Assembly: GCA_963789635.1 (NCBI GenBank)
Contig: CAWBLF010000003.1
Span: forward strand, 140,364-204,363
Reading direction: 5' to 3'
Origin: an uncultured bacterium
GTDB lineage: Bacteria > Patescibacteriota > Minisyncoccia > Phycocordibacterales > Zambryskibacteraceae
DNA: 64,000 bases
Below are positions 34,162 through 41,534 of the stretch, in pieces. The translations under genes and the position numbers were made by a program. The number at the start of each line of letters is the position of its first letter. The stretch's first letter is position 1. The notes beneath the pieces are model-generated. The model did no database searches. It had not been told where the DNA came from and saw only the letters and a program-made list of their open reading frames with translations.

Positions 34162-36432
34162 ATGCTGCTTAAATCTATAGAAATATCCGGATTCAAGTCT
34201 TTTGCCAAGAAAGATTCTCTCACATTCAATACGCCAATTTCGGCAATTGTCGGTCCAAACGGTAGTGGAAAGTCCAACGTTGCCGAGGCATTTCGCTTCG
34301 TGCTAGGCGAGCAATCTATCAAGAGTCTTCGCGGTAAAAAGGGTGAAGACCTTATATTCAATGGTGCCGGGGAAGGGGCAAGGGCCAACAGAGCTTCGGT
34401 CAAGGTGACATTTGATAATTCCCAGAAAATTTTTGCTTTGGATTTTCCAGAGGTGCAGATAGAGCGTGTGGTTCATCGTGATGGCATCAATGAATATTTG
34501 ATAAACGGCTCACAAGTGCGTTTGCGCGACATCATTGAGCTTCTAGCGGGGGCGCACATAGGCTCATCCGGTCATCACATAATTTCTCAAGGTGAAGCAG
34601 ACAGAATTCTCAATAGCTCTCTGCGTGAACGCAGGGCGATGCTCGAAGACGCTCTTGGTCTAAAAATCTATCAATATAAGCGGGCAGAGAGTGAGCGTAA
34701 ACTAGATAAGACATTAGAAAATATTCAGTCTGTCGAAAGTCTACGCAAGGAAATTGCTCCACATCTTCGTTTTCTGAAAAAACAAGTTGAGAAGATGGAA
34801 AAAGCAGTGAGTATGAAGGATGAACTCAAGAACCTTTCTCGCGAATATCTCAAACGTGAGGATACTTTCATACAAGATTCAAAAAAAGCCATTATGGATG
34901 AACGGAAGCCTCTTTCCGACAAAAAATCCAACCTTGAGAGTGAAATGGCCAAGGCCAAAGAAGTATTGGAGTCGTCGAAGAACAAAGACGAAAAAAGTGA
35001 CAAAATAATTGCGCTTGAGACAAGTATTCGCGATGCGCGAAGCGAGAAAGACCGATTACTCCAAGAGATGGGCAAACTTGAAGGAGAGATTGCATCCGAG
35101 CGCAGAATTCTTGCCAAGCAGAAAGAGATTCTTTCTTCAAATGAACACAAGACGGTTGCGCTTCGAGATGTGGAAGATCTTGTTAAGAAGATAGACGTGT
35201 CAATTGTAGAAGCCGAAAAGAGTGTTGATATTTCTTTTGTAAAAAACACGCTCAACATTTTGCGTTCCACCCTGAATGATTTTATTGGCAGTAAAAAAGA
35301 GGAGACCAATGACACGGTTGTGAAAGAATCAGAAGCCGCTCTTGTTGCACTCGGTAAGACAAAGACGGAAACTGAAACAAAACTTTCAGTAATCAAGACA
35401 AAGGAAGAAGAGCTTCAAAGAGAGTATCAAAGTCTTCAAAAAGACATAGAAAAAGCCAAGGATTCTAGCCGTGATGCGGAAAAAGCACTGTTTCGCATAA
35501 TGTCAGAACAAAACGAGGTATCGGGAGCATTGGCGCTCTTACTTGCACGTGAAGAGGGTCTGCGTACTGTAGAAGAAGATTTCAAAAGGGAACTGGAAGA
35601 GTGCGCAATGCTTGCGGGGAGAGGGGTGTTGGACTTTAAATCCTTCGCTCTCGCTCAGGACAAACCCCCCGAGGTCACGAGAGGTTCGCAGGAAGAACGC
35701 AGACGAAATATTGAGAAAATCAAGATTCGTCTTGAAGAGGCAGGACTTTCTGGAAGTGGAGAAATAATGAAAGAGTTTCAGGAAACATCGGAGCGCGATG
35801 CATTTTTGGAACGGGAGCTGACAGATCTTGATAAATCAGCAGAATCTCTCCACCAGCTTATCGTGGAGCTGGGCGAAAAACTTGATATTGAATTTAAGGA
35901 AGGAATAACAAAAATTAATAAACAATTTGGCGAATTTTTTGCGTTGATGTTTGGTGGAGGCAAAGCCATACTCAATGTCATCAAAGAAAAAAAGAGAATA
36001 AAGAAAGAGACAGACGATCTACTACTGACAACTGACAATGAACAAGAAGAAGAAATAGTTGAGGACGAGGCAACCGAAGATGGCATAGATATTGAAGTGT
36101 CGTTGCCAAGGAAGAAAATCAAAGGATTGGCCATGCTTTCTGGTGGGGAGAGAGCTCTCACATCTATAGCGCTTCTTTTTGCAATATCGCAAGTAAATCC
36201 ACCGCCATTTATCATTCTTGATGAAACGGATGCGGCGCTCGATGAGGCAAATTCCAGAAAATACGGCGATATGGTGGAAAACTTGGCCAAATATTCTCAA
36301 CTAATTTTGATTACGCACAATCGCGAGACGATGTCGCGAGCAGGTGTGATTTATGGAGTGACCATGGGAAGTGCTGGGGTTTCCAAAATTCTTTCTATTC
36401 AATTTGAAGAGGCGGTAGAAGTGGCCAAGTAG
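34162..36432 (+). CDS. smc: SMC-family chromosome partition ATPase, unusually short (756 aa), no recognisable hinge
   Basis: Walker A GPNGSGKSN, signature LSGGERALT, Walker B FIILDETDAALD. A long coiled coil lies between the head halves. Confidence 0.8.
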   Translation: MLLKSIEISGFKSFAKKDSLTFNTPISAIVGPNGSGKSNVAEAFRFVLGEQSIKSLRGKKGEDLIFNGAGEGARANRASVKVTFDNSQKIFALDFPEVQIERVVHRDGINEYLINGSQVRLRDIIELLAGAHIGSSGHHIISQGEADRILNSSLRERRAMLEDALGLKIYQYKRAESERKLDKTLENIQSVESLRKEIAPHLRFLKKQVEKMEKAVSMKDELKNLSREYLKREDTFIQDSKKAIMDERKPLSDKKSNLESEMAKAKEVLESSKNKDEKSDKIIALETSIRDARSEKDRLLQEMGKLEGEIASERRILAKQKEILSSNEHKTVALRDVEDLVKKIDVSIVEAEKSVDISFVKNTLNILRSTLNDFIGSKKEETNDTVVKESEAALVALGKTKTETETKLSVIKTKEEELQREYQSLQKDIEKAKDSSRDAEKALFRIMSEQNEVSGALALLLAREEGLRTVEEDFKRELEECAMLAGRGVLDFKSFALAQDKPPEVTRGSQEERRRNIEKIKIRLEEAGLSGSGEIMKEFQETSERDAFLERELTDLDKSAESLHQLIVELGEKLDIEFKEGITKINKQFGEFFALMFGGGKAILNVIKEKKRIKKETDDLLLTTDNEQEEEIVEDEATEDGIDIEVSLPRKKIKGLAMLSGGERALTSIALLFAISQVNPPPFIILDETDAALDEANSRKYGDMVENLAKYSQLILITHNRETMSRAGVIYGVTMGSAGVSKILSIQFEEAVEVAK

Positions 36433-36440
36433 GTCGACAA

Positions 36441-36590
36441 TAGGTCACCGAGGACTTAAATTCCCAAGGAATTGCTTTAATACAGGCCCTCAATTTTAGG
36501 TCACCGAGGACTTAAATTCCCGAGGAATCGCCTTAATACAGGCCCTCAAGGCGAAACCTCGAGAATTTAAGGCTAAGCCTCGATGCCTTA
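36441..36590. repeat. CGAGG/CCTCG-core repeats (R6): one half element (36441-36493) plus one full 95-nt nested hairpin element (36496-36590)
   Basis: ttaggtcaccgaggactta-aattcccgaggaatcgcc-ttaatacaggccctcaa-ggcgaaacctcgagaatt-taaggctaagcctcgatgcctta. Confidence 0.9.
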
Positions 36591-36648
36591 ATTATCCTTC
36601 ACAAAGCTCAGGATTAAGAAAAATATAGTCACTTCGCTCCTTATTTTT

Positions 36649-38574
36649 CTAAACAAAAACAAAATCAAGAATTCTTTTGTCCAAATCTGCGGCAATTAAT
36701 TTTATGCGGACTTTATCGCCCAGAGTGTATTTCTTTTTGGTTGCAGTACCTACCACCGCATAGTTCTTTTGGTCTAGAACATAATTGTCATCGGTCATAT
36801 TGCGGAATCGCACCATTCCCTCGGCTTTGGTTTCAGTTTCTTCCACATAGACGCCCCACTCTGACACACCGGAAATAGTAGCGTCAAATTCCTTGCCTAT
36901 GTTGCCAAGCATAAACTCAACTTGTTTGTATTTGATTGAAGCGCGTTCTGCATCAGAAGCGGCAATTTCTTTTTGCGTTGCATCATCTGCCATTCGCTGG
37001 TAGGTAGCCATTTCGTCGGGATCAACTTTACCTTTATTTAGAAATCTGTAGAGCAATCTATGCACAAGTAAGTCTGGATATCTGCGAATGGGTGAAGTGA
37101 AGTGAGTGTAGTAGGTGAAGCCCAGACCAAAGTGGCCAATATTGCGAGTAGAATAAACCGCTTTCGCCATTGAGCGAATAGCCGCTGTTTTGATAAGAGA
37201 TTCCTCCGGCTTTCCCTCCACTTGCTTAAGCAGTTTGTTCATATCAGCAGCCGTGATTTCGCCATCTTCGGCATCAAGGTCGTAGCCAAGTGCTTTGATA
37301 AAAACCCCCAAGTTCATTATTTTTTCTTTATCAGGCTCATCGTGAATACGATAAATAAAAGGACTTTTTGATTTGGTATTTTCAATTTCTTTATACATAT
37401 ATTCCGCTACCGAGCGGTTGGCCAAAAGCATATATTCTTCAATCATCTTGTTCGTATCCTGACGGATTTTTTTGTAAACACGAATGGGCTTGCCATCGGC
37501 ATCCAGTTCAAACTTCACCTCGTCGGTTTCAAACTCAATGGCGCCGTTTTCAAATTTTTCTGCCTGAAGTTTCTTTCCAATTTGATTCATTATATTTAAC
37601 TCGTCATAGTAGAGACCTTTCTTGGCATCTAGAATAGCTTGCGCTTCTTCGTATGAAAATCTTTTATCAGAGTGTATGACTGTCTTGCCGTACCACCTGT
37701 CGTGAACCTTTCCATTGTCATCAATGACAACAACAGTGGAGAAAGTAAAGCGTTCAACATCTTCATTCAAACTGCATAAGTCATTGGACAAAATTTCCGG
37801 CAACATCGGAATAGTGCGGTCCACAAGATAGACAGATGTTCCACGTTTGCGAGCCTCTTTGTCCAGAATTGTGCCTGGTGTGACGTAGTGAGATACATCG
37901 GCTATATGTATTCCAATTTCATATTTGCCATCAGATAATTTCTTGAAAGACAAAGCGTCATCAAAGTCTTTGGCATCTGCCGGGTCGATGGTGAAAGTAA
38001 GGGTATCACGGAAGTCTTTGCGTTTGGCAACCTCGTTTGCCCAGTCGGCTTGTTTTTCCTTGGCAATGCGCGCAGCGTCCTCTTCTACTTCTTTAGGAAA
38101 TTCATCTTCGAATCCTCGTTCAAGGATGATGGCTTCCATTTCCACATTGTGGATACCTTTACGCCCGAGTACCTTAACGACCTTACCCTCCGGACTTTTC
38201 ATGGGGTCTTTCCAGCTGGTCATTTCCACCTGAACTTTATCTCCGTCCTTGGCTCCTTTGGAGTTTGAAACGTGCACAAATATGTCTTTGTACATACGCC
38301 TGTCGTCGGGTTTGAGAAAAAAGAAATCTTTTGTTTGCGTCAAAGTTCCTACAAACTGTATTTTGGCGCGCTTGATTATTTTTATGACCTCTCCTTGTCG
38401 TCTTATATTCTCCTGAACAGGCAAAATTTTTATCTCCACCTCATCATTATTTAATGCGGTTTTGAGGAGCGGTGTTTGAATTTCTATATCATTGGGTAAT
38501 CCTTCCACAGTGAAATAGCCGACTCCTCGGCCACTGACAGTTATTGATCCCGTGTATGTCTTTTTTTCCTCCAT
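36649..38574 (-). CDS. rnr: ribonuclease R (RNB-family 3'-5' exoribonuclease)
   Basis: 641 aa. Cold-shock/OB N-terminus, RNB core (DP.DAKDFDDALS, RSMAKAVYS, GHFGLG...YTHFTSPIRRYPDL) and a C-terminal S1 domain. Confidence 0.9.
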   Translation of the reverse strand: MEEKKTYTGSITVSGRGVGYFTVEGLPNDIEIQTPLLKTALNNDEVEIKILPVQENIRRQGEVIKIIKRAKIQFVGTLTQTKDFFFLKPDDRRMYKDIFVHVSNSKGAKDGDKVQVEMTSWKDPMKSPEGKVVKVLGRKGIHNVEMEAIILERGFEDEFPKEVEEDAARIAKEKQADWANEVAKRKDFRDTLTFTIDPADAKDFDDALSFKKLSDGKYEIGIHIADVSHYVTPGTILDKEARKRGTSVYLVDRTIPMLPEILSNDLCSLNEDVERFTFSTVVVIDDNGKVHDRWYGKTVIHSDKRFSYEEAQAILDAKKGLYYDELNIMNQIGKKLQAEKFENGAIEFETDEVKFELDADGKPIRVYKKIRQDTNKMIEEYMLLANRSVAEYMYKEIENTKSKSPFIYRIHDEPDKEKIMNLGVFIKALGYDLDAEDGEITAADMNKLLKQVEGKPEESLIKTAAIRSMAKAVYSTRNIGHFGLGFTYYTHFTSPIRRYPDLLVHRLLYRFLNKGKVDPDEMATYQRMADDATQKEIAASDAERASIKYKQVEFMLGNIGKEFDATISGVSEWGVYVEETETKAEGMVRFRNMTDDNYVLDQKNYAVVGTATKKKYTLGDKVRIKLIAADLDKRILDFVFV

Positions 38575-38623
38575 TAAGAAATTTTGTCTAATATATCAGA
38601 AAACCTGATACTTCGCATCTTAG

Positions 38624-38652
38624 TTGACCACGTTTGGCTATTCTGTTAATAT
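38624..38652 (+). promoter_or_regulatory. sigma-70-like promoter of rpsP (TTGACC - 17 nt - TAATAT)
   Basis: The -10 box ends 9 nt upstream of the ATG at 38662. No SD sequence. Confidence 0.55.
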
Positions 38653-38661
38653 GTGCACCAC

Positions 38662-39138
38662 ATGTTAAAGATTCGATTACAGAGGGTGGGACGCAAACAC
38701 GAACCGACGTTTCGTGTCGTTTTGACTGACTCAAAAAATAGCACCAAGAGTGGGCGTTTTCATGAAGTTCTTGGCTCTTATGACCCTCGTAAAAAGACTG
38801 AAGTTTTTGAGGGAGAACGTATCAAAGAATGGATGGGGAAGGGTGCTAAAGTTTCCGGTACTGTGCACAATCTCCTTGTTTCTCACAAAATAATTTCAGG
38901 GAAGAAAATAAACGTTCTTCCTAAGAAGTCACCGATATCAAAAGTCAAAGTTGCAGATGAAGTTCAGGCAGTTGATAAGGTGGCCGTAGACAAGGGGGAA
39001 ACTGAAGCCATCGCGAAAGAAGTCGTAGCGGAGGCAGCGCCATCGGAAGTTACGGCAGAGCCGGTAGCCAATCCTGAAATAAAAGACGAAGTTGTTCCAG
39101 CTCCAGAGCTTCCGGTTACTCCCGAAGGAACTGAATAG
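38662..39138 (+). CDS. rpsP: 30S ribosomal protein S16 with a long acidic/proline-rich C-terminal extension
   Basis: MLKIRLQRVGRKHEPTFRVV start, and YDPR. Confidence 0.9.
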   Translation: MLKIRLQRVGRKHEPTFRVVLTDSKNSTKSGRFHEVLGSYDPRKKTEVFEGERIKEWMGKGAKVSGTVHNLLVSHKIISGKKINVLPKKSPISKVKVADEVQAVDKVAVDKGETEAIAKEVVAEAAPSEVTAEPVANPEIKDEVVPAPELPVTPEGTE

Positions 39139-39146
39139 ATTATCGG

Positions 39147-39385
39147 TAGGTCACAGAACAACGCAAAATTAAATTTTAGGTCACCATTAAATTCCCGATT
39201 AGGTCACCGAGGACTTAAATTCCCGAGGAATCGCCTTAATACAGGCCCTCAAGGCGAAACCTCGAGAATTTAAAGCTAAGCCTCGATGCCTTAGGTCACT
39301 GACAATAAATTCCCGAGGAATCGCCTTAATACAGACAATTTTAGGTCACCGACTTAGTTTCAAATTCTCAAGGCTAAGTCTCGGA
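39147..39385. repeat. CGAGG/CCTCG-core repeats (R7): several partial modules plus one full 95-nt element (39199-39293)
   Basis: 39199-39293 differs from 36496-36590 at one base. Additional taggtcac starts at 39147, 39177, 39292 and 39342. Confidence 0.9.
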
Positions 39386-39479
39386 TTCAGCTCAATTTTT
39401 GTTTGATATTTTGGCTAAATATATTTATACTAAAGTTGTACAGACAGAATGATTAATAATAGATAACGCGCGACACAAT

Positions 39480-39818
39480 ATGGAAAAAGATGTACTTTTT
39501 TTGGAACAGGTGGTTAAAGCATTGGTAGATTATCCTGATGATGTGAAGATTAACAGAGCGGTAGATGAAATGGGGGTGTTGATCACTCTCGATGTGAACT
39601 CTGCAGATATGGGCAAAATTATCGGTCGTTCCGGTAATACCGCCAAAGCTATTCGTACTCTACTTAGAGTAGTGGGTATGAAGAACAACGCAAGGGTTAA
39701 CTTAAAAATCAACGAGCCAGAGGGAGGAAGGGGTCCTGGTATGGGAAGTGGTGTCGGAACCGGCAGTTCTTCTCAAATGAAAGATTTTGATCAGGCTGTT
39801 GAGGATTTGAATCTTTAG
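39480..39818 (+). CDS. KH-domain RNA-binding protein (UPF0109 / KhpA-like) with a glycine-rich tail
   Basis: The motif V...D.GK.IGR.G.TA.AIRT.L, in the conserved position after rpsP. Confidence 0.8.
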   Translation: MEKDVLFLEQVVKALVDYPDDVKINRAVDEMGVLITLDVNSADMGKIIGRSGNTAKAIRTLLRVVGMKNNARVNLKINEPEGGRGPGMGSGVGTGSSSQMKDFDQAVEDLNL

Positions 39819-39851
39819 CCAACAATTAGTTCGAATAGTAGGCGCGAAAAA

Positions 39852-39886
39852 CGTCACGGACCTAAACTGAGTCCGTGACGTTTTGA
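39852..39886 (+). terminator. rho-independent terminator after the KH-domain gene
   Basis: cgtcacggac / ctaaactga / gtccgtgacg, followed by ttttgattt. Confidence 0.75.
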
Positions 39887-40132
39887 TTTCTAGTGCTAGT
39901 ACCTTTTCCCTCTGTGTCTAAACCAGTATCTCATGTGCGCGCGTTTTTTTGTGCGCTTGATATGCCATTTGCGATGGCAGGAAGTAATACGAACCTTAGA
40001 AATCTTATTGAGTCTCAATGTTACTCCATGAAAGAGTGAACAAGGTCATCCAATTTCCAACTACGAATATAGAGCCGTTTCTATTTAGAAATTATCATTG
40101 CAAATACCGACTGTCAATGATATTTTGTTTTA

Positions 40133-40786
40133 ATGAATTTTCACGTCATCACACTTTTTCCAAAGTCTTTTGAATCTTATATCGGCGAATCTATAATCAA
40201 GCGCGCCATAGAAGACAAAAAAATAAAAATAAAATTTTATAATCCGCGTGATTTTACTCTGGATAAACATACCCGAGTGGACAGGCCACCTTTTGGTGGG
40301 GGCCCCGGGATGGTCATACAAGCGCTACCTGTAATCAAGGCAATTGCAAAAGCAAAGGGTAAAAATAAAAAAGTAAAAATTATTTTCTTGAATCCAGAAG
40401 GTAAGCAATTTACCAATGCCTACGCTTCTAAAACGGTAAAAATTTATAATGATGTGATAATTCTATGTGGCCGATATGAGGGAATAGATGCAAGAGTCAA
40501 GAAGGTTTTTAAAACGGATGACATCTCCATAGGACCTTTTGTGCTCACCGGAGGAGAATTGCCGGCAATGTTAATTATAGATTGTATGGCACGACAGGTA
40601 AGGGGGGTTCTTGGAAATTTTGATTCTTTGGAAGAAAGGCGTGTATCGACTTCAGAGGTATATACACGGCCGGAGGTTTTTGAATATAAGGGTAAAAAGT
40701 ACCGCGCACCCAAGGTCTTGTTGTCAGGGCACCAAGCGAAAATAGAGGAGTGGAAAAAACGACAAAAAAATAAAACTGACTTGTAA
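40133..40786 (+). CDS. trmD: tRNA (guanine37-N1)-methyltransferase
   Basis: ITLFP..F, VD..P.GGGPGMV, CGRYEGID.R and LTGGELPA motifs. Confidence 0.9.
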   Translation: MNFHVITLFPKSFESYIGESIIKRAIEDKKIKIKFYNPRDFTLDKHTRVDRPPFGGGPGMVIQALPVIKAIAKAKGKNKKVKIIFLNPEGKQFTNAYASKTVKIYNDVIILCGRYEGIDARVKKVFKTDDISIGPFVLTGGELPAMLIIDCMARQVRGVLGNFDSLEERRVSTSEVYTRPEVFEYKGKKYRAPKVLLSGHQAKIEEWKKRQKNKTDL

Positions 40787-40834
40787 TTTTGCGAACGAAG
40801 TGTAGATTGTTGGCAGACCATTTTCTTTGGAGGA

Positions 40835-41215
40835 GTGATGTCTTACTCAAATCCGACCCGAGCAGCGAAAAAGCTTGTCAAGGAACACCCGGACGAAGTT
40901 CTCGATGTGCTCCTTGAACACCCGTTCTGGCCTGCGCAGATTAAACCGGACATTCTCTACACAAGGCGCAGCGACGATACTGATGGGTATGATAATACTA
41001 TTGCTGTCGACATCGGTAGCGGTATTCGTGCAGGGGATGCCTATGTAGAAGTGCAATCGAAGTTTGATCCTGACAGCATTACGATTGGGGTGCACTGTTT
41101 CCGAAGTGGTATTGGTGGCGGAGGGAGTCCCAGGGTCCGAAACGCCCTTCTCTTTCTCGCCCTAGCCATTGAACTCGACAACCGTGACTATCCTCAAAAT
41201 GCTACCCCAACCTAA
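40835..41215 (+). CDS. hypothetical protein (orphan, locally G+C-rich)
   Basis: 126-aa ORF. A hand count of its first 100 nt gives 53 G+C, clearly above the neighbouring trmD. No family recognised. A hairpin aatgctacccc/ggggtagcatt spans its stop codon. Confidence 0.4.
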   Translation: MMSYSNPTRAAKKLVKEHPDEVLDVLLEHPFWPAQIKPDILYTRRSDDTDGYDNTIAVDIGSGIRAGDAYVEVQSKFDPDSITIGVHCFRSGIGGGGSPRVRNALLFLALAIELDNRDYPQNATPT

Positions 41216-41534
41216 GGGGTAGCATTTTCATTGGGTCTGGATTACGAAATTGTGTTAACCAGAAGCAAGGTAGGTATGGCTGTGGATAACCTCTTGACTC
41301 ATAGCAAACGGCGAGTACAATGACCACCACTTCGGCAAGATTGAGTTATGGCTATAAAACGAAGTTAACAGTTGCGAGTTAACGCCCTTCGACAGGTTCT
41401 CCTCGAACCTCTCTCAGGACAAGTTTTTAATTCTTGCTCACTAAGATTTAACAGTTTCATATTTTTATTAGTACCTCTGGAAACAGAGACGGAATTTTGT
41501 TGTTTATTCTTTTTTATAAATATAAAGCACTACC

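Noticed and set aside
34725-35396. Long antisense or overlapping ORFs in the track, for example 34725-35396(-), 35778-36290(-), 22077-22679(-), 22645-23169(-), 56889-57473(+), 55207-55629(+), 8048-8497(-), 62597-63040(-)
   Set aside because: All lie inside well-supported conserved genes on the opposite strand or in another frame. Their compositions are low-complexity (S/R/F-rich). They are shadow ORFs.
39887-40132. Possible rimM remnant or small gene in the 245-bp spacer between the KH-domain gene terminator and trmD
   Set aside because: There is no ORF of meaningful length and no recognisable RimM motif in any frame that I could read. Only a short hairpin (tgccat-ttgcg-atggca, 39963-39979) is present.
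41283-41291. Replication origin suggested by a perfect DnaA box (tgtggataa) upstream of rpoB and a near-box (ttatccact, 20984-20992) upstream of gyrB
   Set aside because: These are single isolated boxes. A perfect 9-mer is expected by chance roughly once per 130 kb of two-stranded sequence. There is no box cluster, no AT-rich unwinding element pattern, and no dnaA or dnaN nearby.
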